The notes beneath the pieces are model-generated. The model was not told the origin of the DNA. It saw nothing but the letters and a program-made list of their open reading frames with translations, and ran no database searches. A program made the translations under genes and the position numbers. This document shows, piece after piece, positions 1 through 9,400 of a DNA stretch of 20,000 nt (its first letter is position 1; each line of letters starts with the position of its first letter). The stretch spans positions 106,992 to 126,991 of the forward strand of contig NGBS01000018.1 of NCBI GenBank assembly GCA_002245135.1, written 5' to 3'. The DNA comes from Proteromonas lacertae. Its lineage: Eukaryota.

Positions 1-891
1 TAACAATTCTTTTGCTTTTTGTAAAGCTAATTTTAATTTCATTTTCTGCCTTTTATTTTCCACTATATTTCCATCTTCATCGACAGATTCAAACATGTCA
101 ATATTATATTCTTTTGACTTATTAATATAATATTCTAATAATTTTTGATCGAAATCATCTCCACCTAGATGATTATCACCAGATATACCAATTATTTTCA
201 ATATATTCTTCTTAATACGATTATCATATTGTTTAGCAACAAGAGAAATATCAAATGTTCCACCACCTAAATCATACACTAAAATTATTTCCTTATCCTT
301 CATTTTATTCGTATTTATACTATTATCAAAGTTATAAGCTATTGCTGCAGCTGTAGGTTCATTAATTATATGTATAACATTTAAATCTACTAATTTAGCA
401 GCTTCTTCAGTTTCTCTTCTTTGAATATCACTAAAATAAGCTGGTACTGTAATTACAGCTCCTTTTACTTCTTTTCCTGCAAATGTTTCAGCTAATTTTT
501 TCATAAAGCCTAAAATATATCCTGATATTTGAGAGGGACTGACTTCTACTTCCTCATCTCTATGAATAACTTGATAATAAGGATAACCACCACAATTTAT
601 CACTTCTGCTGTTATTACATCATTCTTGTTAAACTGCGCATATGTTTTACCTAATAATCTCTTTGAGTTGTAACAAATTGATCTAAAACTATCCTTTACC
701 TTTAATCCATTTTTAGCAGTTTCTCCAACAATTATGTTTCCTGATTTATCACCGAAATATACCATTGATGGTGTGGTTTTAGGACCATTCTCATTTGGAA
801 CAGCTTGAAGTGCGTTAGCTTTATAGAGTGCAGCACAGGAATAAGTAGTGCCTAAATCAATGCCAATATATAATGGTTTCGAAGCTGACAT
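1..891 (-). CDS. Hsp70-family protein, divergent; N-terminal ATPase domain, 3'-truncated by the window edge
   Basis: Not in the ORF track because there is no stop in the window. Manual translation from ATG 891-889 gives MSASKPLYIGIDLGTTYSC...TTPSMVYF...NSKRLLGK...AVITVPAYFSDIQRRET...IINEPTAAAIAY...YDLGGGTFDIS...GDNHLGGDDFD...LKLALQKAKELL. These are Hsp70 signatures. The frame is continuous for 297 codons with no intron needed. Confidence 0.95.
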   Translation of the reverse strand, partial: MSASKPLYIGIDLGTTYSCAALYKANALQAVPNENGPKTTPSMVYFGDKSGNIIVGETAKNGLKVKDSFRSICYNSKRLLGKTYAQFNKNDVITAEVINCGGYPYYQVIHRDEEVEVSPSQISGYILGFMKKLAETFAGKEVKGAVITVPAYFSDIQRRETEEAAKLVDLNVIHIINEPTAAAIAYNFDNSINTNKMKDKEIILVYDLGGGTFDISLVAKQYDNRIKKNILKIIGISGDNHLGGDDFDQKLLEYYINKSKEYNIDMFESVDEDGNIVENKRQKMKLKLALQKAKELL

Positions 892-997
892 TCAGTTTGC
901 AGTAAAAATAATTACTGTAAAATTACATGTAATTATGTCAGGTCATTTTTGATTGGTACAAGTGTTTTTTACCAAAATTCTTGATTTTTTGAATAGA
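892..997. promoter_or_regulatory. 106-bp divergent intergenic region (putative bidirectional promoter) between Hsp70 and SAT
   Basis: Head-to-head ATGs at 891(-) and 998(+). Contains the perfect palindrome AATTACATGTAATT (921-934) and an ATTGG/CCAAT pentamer (952-956). Promoter function is inferred from position. Confidence 0.5.
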
Positions 998-2015
998 ATG
1001 GAATCTCAATGCCCTTCCATATTATCAATGTCACATTTGAAAAAAGATGATATAAATTCACCTAATTTTTGTTGCAAAGTATTTCTAAATATCGTAATTG
1101 TTGTAATTAGGTTGATCTTACACCAGATTCATTGCAAGAAGAAGATCCTATGTGGGCTTTGTATATTATAATTTATTTGATTAATAAAATAATAGAATAC
1201 GTGAGCAAGCAGAATTACTGTCAACAAAAGAGCCTACGTTGGCAAGTTTTGTATATTCATCAATATTGTTTCACAATTCATTCGAATCTGCAGTTGCTTT
1301 TTGTTTAGCAAATAAATTGAAAACAGAAATGCTTCATCACTCACATCTTCATGATGAAATAACAAAAATATATTTAGACAATCCAACCTTAGCTCAGACA
1401 GTAAGAGATGATCTTCAAGCTGTCTGGGATAGAGATGCTGCTTGTGAAGGACCACTTCATGCATTATTATTTTTCAAAGGATTTTTAGCATTAGAAAGTT
1501 ATAGAATCGCTAATTATTTATATACTCATAATAGAAGAGAATTAGCTTTATGTTTTCAAAGTAGAATTAGTGAAGTATTTAGTGTTGATATTCATCCAGC
1601 AGCAAAATTAGGAAAAGGTATATTAATCGATCATGCAACTGGTTTAGTTATTGGTGAAACAGCTGTAGTTGGAGACGGTTGTTCTTTCTTACATGAAGTA
1701 ACATTAGGTGGTACTGGTAAAGATAGTGGAGATAGACATCCAAAACTAGGAAATAATGTTATGATTGGTTGTGGTGTAAAAATATTAGGTAATATAAGAA
1801 TTGGTAATAATGTGAAGATTGGAAGTAATTCTGTTGTGTTAAGACCTTTACCTGATAATGTTACTGCTGTTGGTGTTCCTGCTACTATAATTGGTAAAGT
1901 AAAAGTTAATGAAAATCCTGCTAATGATATGGATCAATTGGGAGATTTGGAAAATGTTTCAGCATCGTTGGTTCATTGCAATATTGATGGTCCAATATTA
2001 GATTATGTGATTTAA
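998..2015 (+). CDS. cysE: Serine O-acetyltransferase (SAT/CysE), 316 aa; exons 998-1078, 1111-1160, 1196-2015
   Basis: Removing GT-AG introns 1079-1110 (32 nt) and 1161-1195 (35 nt) restores the SAT N-terminal helix (DPMWALIREQAELLSTKEPTLASF). Motifs: FFKGFLAL, VDIHPAA, IDHATGLVIGETAVVG, VTLGGTGK, DRHPK, hexapeptide repeats, VGVPA; C-terminal DYVI. Confidence 0.96.
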
Positions 2016-2084
2016 TAGATGTTAATATTTATTTATATTATTTGATGGTGTTTTATATAAGCAATTTTGATGATTAAAATAAGA

Positions 2085-2157
2085 GCTCGTTTAGCTCAGT
2101 CGGTAGAGCGCTGGCCTTTTAAGCCAGTGGTCGGGGGTTCGAGTCCCCTAGCGAGCG
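2085..2157 (+). tRNA. tRNA-Lys(UUU), 73 nt, no intron
   Basis: Acceptor stem GCTCGTT/AGCGAGC, D-arm GCTC-AGTCGGTA-GAGC, anticodon arm CTGGC-CTTTTAA-GCCAG, T-arm GGGGG-TTCGAGT-CCCCT, discriminator G, no encoded CCA. Confidence 0.97.
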
Positions 2158-2160
2158 TTA

Positions 2161-2167
2161 TTTTTTT
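2161..2167 (+). terminator. Pol III oligo-T terminator of tRNA-Lys
   Basis: T7 run beginning 4 nt after the tRNA 3' end. Confidence 0.7.
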
Positions 2168-2301
2168 ATATTTTCTTTCTATTTTTTTCAATATTTTATG
2201 TATTGCTTTTATTATAAAATTGTTTATATTTTAATCCAAAACAATGTAAATTAAAAAGAATACTTTTTAAGAGTCAAGCCACCAAGCTTTTTGTCTCTTT
2301 G

Positions 2302-5300
2302 ATGTTGTTTTTCATATCTTTTGTTGTAGTTGTGTGTAGTTTTGCTTATGGTTATGATAATATTCATTATAATGTAACAGCTAGAGTTTATTTCACTGAT
2401 TACAAAAATTCACCTGTTATTGAGATGAATGATTATATGGTTTATTCAATCTTAAATCCAAACAATTTTCATCTAATTATGGGAAATGCCATCATCACAT
2501 ACTCAGAAAGTATACACAAATATGCAATTTATCTCATCAAATACTCATACAGAGAAGAAAAAAAAGTGAAAGCTGCACAGAATAAGTACAGTCCTGTTTT
2601 TAACACAAAAATGGTATTTGGAGTGTTTAGAGTTGCATTTCAAAGTTCAGCTACAACCTGTGTAAGCCAAGATCAAGCTAAATTTGGTTTAGTATATATA
2701 GACTTAGTATGGAGATTATTAACAGGAAATAGAGTGACTTTAGACTTTGATTCAACATATTATTCTTCAAAATGTCTGAAAGGTGATTATTCTTTTGATC
2801 ATTTAACAGTAATGGCTGCTGCATATAATGATGCAAGAGATACTGATGGTATAGGACAAAGACTGTTTAATACTCGAATATATTTTTGTGATGATTGGGA
2901 TAGTGGTGAAAACTATGAAGGAAGAGCAACTTTAGGAAGAATTGACTATTTTACAAATAGAGCTAATATGTTTGCATTACTCAAGTGGAATCCAATTCCA
3001 ACAAAGAAGAATGAAAAATATTTAAAGAATCTAATTCATGAAGTAATGCATACAGCTGGTTTAGGTCATGCAGGCTTTATAAGTTATGATGCTGGTGGTT
3101 ATGGTTTTTTAAAGAACTACTATTATAAAGATGATTATGATGATTATAGTAGTACAATGGGTTTTGCTGCAGATTGGTATTGTATACCTGGAATACATGC
3201 ATATAATATGATTATCACTCAAAGTCATCCAGAACCTCATTATATTCGCAAATTAACTACTCCAGGTAAACAAGTGTGGAGAATATATGCATGGGATTAT
3301 CCTTATTCAAGATATTTCTTAGGCAGAGATGAACCAAATTATAAAGAAAATGATATGATTGGTGGAATTAGATTTGATCATAATGTGTTTAGTGTAGATG
3401 TACCTTATGACAAAAAAAAGATTAACAGTATGATGAATGAGCCTGATTTAATAGATGGTAGTTTATTATTTGAGTTTAGATGGTTTCCAGCTGGATTAAA
3501 AGAGTGGGGAAATAGAGGAATCAAATTCACATATGGTGATGTTAATAAGACGGATAAAGATAGGAATTATGATTTGTATAGGACAAGTATGTATATTGAT
3601 TTACATTGGGATAATATATTCACATCAACTCAATTACCTTTAGGTGTAACACTCTATCCACAACAAGATATTGGAACTTTAACATATAGAATTGTAAATG
3701 CTCACATAATTAATCCATCTATATCAATAACTGAAGATATGATATATAAAGATATTCCTACTAAAATTGATTATATGGATTTACCATGGATGGAAATAGA
3801 AATTGATTATAAGCCGAATGTTCCAAGTAAATTGCCTTCTGATACTCCACCACCATTACCGACAATGATTTATTCTCCAAATATTGTAGTTTGTAATTAT
3901 AATGAAATGATTTTTAGTTTAGAATGTCAAAGAACAAATACTTTGGATTACTTCTGGACTTATGTAAAGAATAATGGAGATAGAGATATTGATACTCCAA
4001 GAATATATGATGCTTTTACTTCAACTCCAATGAAGAATATGAGATTTGGATCGTTTAGTATGTTAGGTGGTTATAGAACAAATAATTATTTTTTAGTACA
4101 TGGAAATTATCATAAAGCTACTCGTAGAACATTGATAAAAGTATTAAGTCTTATAAATGTACCTACATTTCCATTCTATTTTTGTCAGAAATGTCAAATT
4201 AATCAGAATAGTAATAAGTTAAGAAATAATGGAACATATTTAGAAGGTAATGTTTTACTTAGTAATTCTATCCCAATTCCTCAAAATGGAAAATTGGTAA
4301 TTAATGATTTATACTATACAGAAATAGAAGTAAAACGAAATTCAGATGGTTCAGTTGAACAGGTAATTCCTGAATTAAAACTACAAGGTTTTGCTCTTTG
4401 TTTCTTTATGCTTAAGGAATCAAATGGAAAGACAAATAATTATTATTCATTTTATGTATATCATACTGAAAATACTGAGGAAAGAATCGCTTATCAATCT
4501 GTTTTAGGAAAAGAAAATGAATTTATTATAAAACCAGCTGTTATTCCACCTAATTATAATACTCAACCTGGTTTAATATCTCCTCGTAAATTGAAGAAAG
4601 ATGAAATGCTAATATTTCCTATATTGCACATGAATTATAATGATTATTTCTTTATCGATTTTGAAGGAACTATTCCTAGTGATTTAGTTATAACATTTGA
4701 GACTGATAATGGAAATAAAACAAAGAAAATAACAGGTTTAGACGGAATAAAAGATTTGTCAATATCAATTTCATATATTGAATTGATTAATTTTTCATTT
4801 GGATATGGACAGATATATTCTTTTAGATTTAATCAAGAAGTGACTCTATTGAATATAAGACCAGTTTATCAATCTAAAAATAGTGATAATCCACCAAATC
4901 AAGCTAAGAAGGAGAATGAAAGAGTTTCTGTAGGAAAGAAACAGTTTTATATTACTCATGATGAAATAAAATATGGATATACATTCCATTCATTCAAAAA
5001 AGTAGTTAATGGTAAAACTTATGATTTTATCAGTGCTAATGATTATTATTCAATTAGTGGTGGAGGAGATGGAGGAGATGGTGGAGATGGTGGAGATGGA
5101 GGAAATGATGAAAATGATAAAAAAGAAAGTTTCAATAAAAACTTGATGTACTATATAATAGGAGGAGTTGGAGGTTTATTAGTGTTATGCTGTGTTGTGT
5201 GTGTTATTTGTAGATGTAAAAGAAAAGCAGCTTCTAGAAATTCATCTTCTCATCAATATCCAACAGCTTCTAAAGCTGGTAGATATCCAGCTCCACCACA

Positions 5301-5439
5301 AGCAAATAGATATCCAGCACCTCCGAAAGGAAATAACTATCCAGTACCTCCACTTCAGAATAGTTATCCAATATCTGCAGCTCCACCTCCTCCACCACCA
5401 ATTAATAGGTATCCTCCTCCTCCTCCAACAACAAATTAG
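2302..5439 (+). CDS. Type-I membrane zinc metalloprotease (metzincin, gametolysin/M11-like), 1045 aa
   Basis: ATG 2302 (the track starts at TTG 2299). Hydrophobic signal peptide; HEVMHTAGLGH (HExxHxxGxxH, 3037-3069); Met-turn YDDYSSTMG (Met at 3157); Gly-rich stalk; TM helix YYIIGGVGGLLVLCCVVCVIC (~5149-5211); basic stop-transfer RCKRK; Pro/Tyr-rich tail. The M11 assignment is from remembered motif similarity, not a search. Confidence 0.85.
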   Translation: MLFFISFVVVVCSFAYGYDNIHYNVTARVYFTDYKNSPVIEMNDYMVYSILNPNNFHLIMGNAIITYSESIHKYAIYLIKYSYREEKKVKAAQNKYSPVFNTKMVFGVFRVAFQSSATTCVSQDQAKFGLVYIDLVWRLLTGNRVTLDFDSTYYSSKCLKGDYSFDHLTVMAAAYNDARDTDGIGQRLFNTRIYFCDDWDSGENYEGRATLGRIDYFTNRANMFALLKWNPIPTKKNEKYLKNLIHEVMHTAGLGHAGFISYDAGGYGFLKNYYYKDDYDDYSSTMGFAADWYCIPGIHAYNMIITQSHPEPHYIRKLTTPGKQVWRIYAWDYPYSRYFLGRDEPNYKENDMIGGIRFDHNVFSVDVPYDKKKINSMMNEPDLIDGSLLFEFRWFPAGLKEWGNRGIKFTYGDVNKTDKDRNYDLYRTSMYIDLHWDNIFTSTQLPLGVTLYPQQDIGTLTYRIVNAHIINPSISITEDMIYKDIPTKIDYMDLPWMEIEIDYKPNVPSKLPSDTPPPLPTMIYSPNIVVCNYNEMIFSLECQRTNTLDYFWTYVKNNGDRDIDTPRIYDAFTSTPMKNMRFGSFSMLGGYRTNNYFLVHGNYHKATRRTLIKVLSLINVPTFPFYFCQKCQINQNSNKLRNNGTYLEGNVLLSNSIPIPQNGKLVINDLYYTEIEVKRNSDGSVEQVIPELKLQGFALCFFMLKESNGKTNNYYSFYVYHTENTEERIAYQSVLGKENEFIIKPAVIPPNYNTQPGLISPRKLKKDEMLIFPILHMNYNDYFFIDFEGTIPSDLVITFETDNGNKTKKITGLDGIKDLSISISYIELINFSFGYGQIYSFRFNQEVTLLNIRPVYQSKNSDNPPNQAKKENERVSVGKKQFYITHDEIKYGYTFHSFKKVVNGKTYDFISANDYYSISGGGDGGDGGDGGDGGNDENDKKESFNKNLMYYIIGGVGGLLVLCCVVCVICRCKRKAASRNSSSHQYPTASKAGRYPAPPQANRYPAPPKGNNYPVPPLQNSYPISAAPPPPPPINRYPPPPPTTN
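5062..5103 (+). repeat. 9-bp coding tandem repeat, (GGD)4 juxtamembrane linker
   Basis: GGWGGAGAT x4 followed by GGAGGA, translating GGDGGDGGDGGDGG. Confidence 0.9.
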
Positions 5440-5541
5440 TGGATTATATGCTTCATATATCTATATAGTGATTTGTTATATTTGTTGAGTGTTTTTTGTT
5501 TTTTTAAATTCTATGTAACGGTTTTATTTTTGAAACAAAAA

Positions 5542-6336
5542 ATGTCTATTCCTGGTTATATAATTGAGAAAGAAGTTCAAAAATACCTCAGATATACTGC
5601 TTATCAAGTAAAACAAGAGAATACTAATAAACAATTTATCGCCTTTAACTATCCAACCAATAATGATGCAAACAATGAATTGTTTAATTATCAAATACAA
5701 TTTCTAAAAGAAAATCGATCACCATATTTTTTGTGCCAAATAAGTGAAGTGAGAGATGAAAATTCAAATACTATACTTTATGAGAACTGTCCTCGAAATT
5801 TAAGTCATTATATTAATGAATGTAAAGAGAAGAATGTTAAAATTCCTGAATCAGTATGTTAATGTATATAATTTACTAATTAGGTAATAATCAAGATAAT
5901 AGTAGATCTATGTAAGGGTTTATCTGATCTGCATGAACAGTACATCGCGCATGGTAATATATGCCCAGAATTGATATTTCTAACACCTTCAAATGAAGTC
6001 AAATTATGTGGTTTTACAACACTCTTATTTAGTAATCATCCTCATCATATTTCAGTTAAATATTGTTGTCCAGAATTACTATCAAAAGAACCAGAAAGGA
6101 CTACTGCTTGCGATATATGGAGTATTGGTATTATTATTTATGAATTATGTACTTTGAGTCAATTATTCAAAGGTTTCATTGATATTACTGATTATGTTAC
6201 AAATGATTATGAAATTCCTTCTATTCCTGATGAATATAGTGATAAATTGAGTGATTTAATTAGTGATTGTCTGAGTATAGATAGCGATGAAAGACCAACT
6301 ATTGAAGAAATATTAGAAATGTTTGAGAATAATTAA
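5542..6336 (+). CDS. NEK-like protein pseudokinase, 254 aa; exons 5542-5853, 5884-6336
   Basis: A 30-nt intron (5854-5883, GTATGT...TAG) joins the two track ORFs in frame. The C-lobe is NEK-like (KYCCPE, CDIWSIGIIIYELCTL, YSDKLSDLISDCL, ERPTIEEIL), but the catalytic loop is HGNICPEL and DFG is replaced by CGF. Confidence 0.85.
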
Positions 6337-6419
6337 TTATTTTTTAAGTTTTGTAAAATGTATTATTTTGATTTCTTTTGTATTAAAAATAAATAAAAAT
6401 AGAATTTATTAAATAACAA

Positions 6420-9400
6420 TTAAATATTCCTTTGAACTATTAAAGCGCTTTCTAATGCTATATTTTCATTCTCTAAGTTTGAAATGATTATTTTCAAACT
6501 TATATTATCTCTTTGAACATTTTGAAGTTGATAATTCAATAAATTATACTTTTCTTCATAAGATCTCTAAAAATAATAAATATATTATATTATATACAAG
6601 TTGTTGTAATGCTACATCATATCTTTGAGATATATCTTTATAACCGCTTTTCAAATACTTTATTTCTTTTGACCTATATTCAAGGCATTTATTCAATGAA
6701 GATAATTCAATACTTCCATCATTCTCCTATATATAAACGATAAAAACAAAGAGATTATTATACTGCAAATGTGAAAGAAGGAATCTCACTACTTATGCAT
6801 GATAAATTAGATGGAATGTCAAATGCTTTTGGAACAAGAACGTGAAGAATTGGACTACTTACAAATGACAACGATTGAGAAGTGAGATTTGTAGTAGTTG
6901 ATTTCTGAGATAATGATCTAATCATATTAATATCACTTTCACTATATTTGTCACTGTCTGAATATCTTAGAAAAGATTTGGGTATAATCTTCTTTTCATC
7001 ATAATTACCACTTTCATTATTATTATTATTAATGATAATATGATTATTAAAATCATTTGGATCGGGATTCTTTTGAATTGTGATTGTCGTTGAAGTAGTG
7101 AGTGGTTGGGATTTAGATGATTTCTTTGATTCTGTATTATTCAGTATTATTGTTGTACTTTTGGGAGGTAATCTTGGTTTCATTACCATTGTAGGTAATA
7201 CAGTTTCATTTAATGTGATATTGTTCTTTTCATTATTCTTTTCATCATATTCTAATGTAGTTAAAGGGTATTGAACAGTATTAAGAATCATTTCATTGTT
7301 TATATTGTTAAAAGTTTTTGATAATTCTTCAATATTTAGAACTGAATCAGAATTTGATCTTGATATTGTCATATTATGTATTTCATCACTAAGTATATTT
7401 ACAACATCATATTCAACTGTATTGTAATTCTTAGCTGTATTTGACAAGTATACTGATGTATAATTAAACACAGTTGATAAATCTGTCTCTCTACAAATAC
7501 CACTATCTAATGTATAATTAAACAAACATAGCTTTGTGTCAACTTTAAACTCAACTAATGGTTGATTAATAAGGGTAAATAAACAATCTGTATCACAAAT
7601 AGAATCAATATCATTGTATATAAGATTCAAGTTTGTTTCTTCATTCAATATACCAATACTATCATAATCATTTATCATACAATTCTCTTCTTCTGTTGAA
7701 ACAATATCAATTCCTTCTCCTTCAACTAACATCATTCTTATAGTTTCACCTTCTAGAGATTCTTCTACATATTCATTAATTACAGTTTTATAATCTGTTT
7801 CAATTAGAGTAAATTCTTTGTTTTCATTATAAATAAAATCTGAAGACAATTGTACTGAATATTTACATACAATTTCTTCATCTCTATTACTTGTACAAAC
7901 TAAATCCATTGGTTCAAATTCAATATTGATTAATGATTCATTTGTATATGATGAGGTGATAATTTCATTGTTTATTGATGAAACAACACCATAATATTTC
8001 GTAGTTTCACCATCATTCTCATTTATTAAGTCATTTTCAGGATATGTTATAATATTCATTGATTCATCATATATATAACTAAGAATAGAAGTAACTAATG
8101 TATTGACATTATCACTTTCATTCTCTGTTGATATAATCTCTATTATTTCACTATTAACAATATCAAATTGTTTTTCTTCTTTTTCATCAAATATTTGTAT
8201 ATTATCACATATAATCATTTCATTATTCTCTTCTGATTTTTGAATATTTAATATCTCTTTTTCCAATTCCATTTTATCACTCTTTAATTGATTGTTTTCT
8301 ATTGTTAATTGAAGTATTATATCTTCAAAATTGTCTTTATAATACACTTCTATATCACTATATTCAACAAAATCAATTATTATCTTTTCATTCTTTCTTA
8401 TTGAGTTGTTATCAGTTATTCTATCCTTTGTAATACTATCAATAGTTTGAGTTGATTTGGAGAAATACAGTTTTGGATCAATTAACAATGAATTCTCTAG
8501 AAAACTAATCGAATTACTTTCATTCAATGAAGCTGATTGGTTATTATCAATTTGAGATTTTAAATTATTATTTTCTTTCTGTAAATGATTTATTTTCCTC
8601 TTATACTTTTCTAGTTTTTCATTATTATTGTTATATGTTTGTATTGCTGTTGTTATTAATCCACTAAATGACAATTTCTTATTATAATTTTCATTATCAA
8701 TAAAAGATGTTGTTTTATATTGAATTATTCTATTATTCTTTAATCTTTTATCGATATGCTTCAGATTCTTTGATATTTTATCATTAATCTGTAAAAGTTT
8801 CATATTTTGGTTGTTAATAGTCACAATTTGATGATATACTGGGTTATCATATATCATATTCAATTGAGATTTCATTAGAATTAGTTTTGGTTTATATTTA
8901 CATTGTATAACCCTTGTTTTATATATCAATATTTGACCAATTGGTTGTTTTAGTCGAATATACTTTTCTTTTAGACTATTATTCTCATTTTCTAATGTTT
9001 TGATATCATTCTTATAATTATTGATTATTCCATCAAAATATTTCTTTTCTGACTTTAATGTAATGATTATATCTTTACTACTTTGTAATCTTGAAGTAAA
9101 TTCCTCTATTTGTCTTTTTAGTTTTGAATTTTCTGTTTCAATCATCGATTGTTGCTTTTCATAAGACATTTTTTCTTTTTTATTCTCCTTCAATGTAATT
9201 TTCATCTTTTCTATATCATCTGCCTTTTCTTTCACTTCTTTTATCAGTTTTATTATACTATCATTCAGTTTCTTCTTTGTAACATTCAATTCGTTGTTTA
9301 TATTATTATATTTCTGTGTTATATCATCATTATTTATCTTCAATAACTTGTTCTCAGTTTGTAGGTCTGATATCTTCTGTTCATTCTTATGAATAACATC

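Noticed and set aside
953..1464. ORFs 953-1171 (+) and 1234-1464 (-) as separate genes
   Set aside because: The first is SAT exon 1 read into its intron; the second is antisense to SAT.
998..2015. Bacterial contamination suggested by cysE
   Set aside because: The gene has two spliceosomal introns and host-like AT-rich codon usage.
2510..2554. Possible hidden intron in the protease 5' region (GTATAC...CAG/AG)
   Set aside because: The frame is open without it; the CAG acceptor gives 43 nt (frameshifting) and the 45-nt option needs an atypical GAG. It cannot be supported without cDNA.
2085..6336. tRNA-anchored integrated element carrying the protease and pseudokinase
   Set aside because: No integrase or transposase, no duplicated tRNA 3' end or terminal repeats, and no evident compositional shift.
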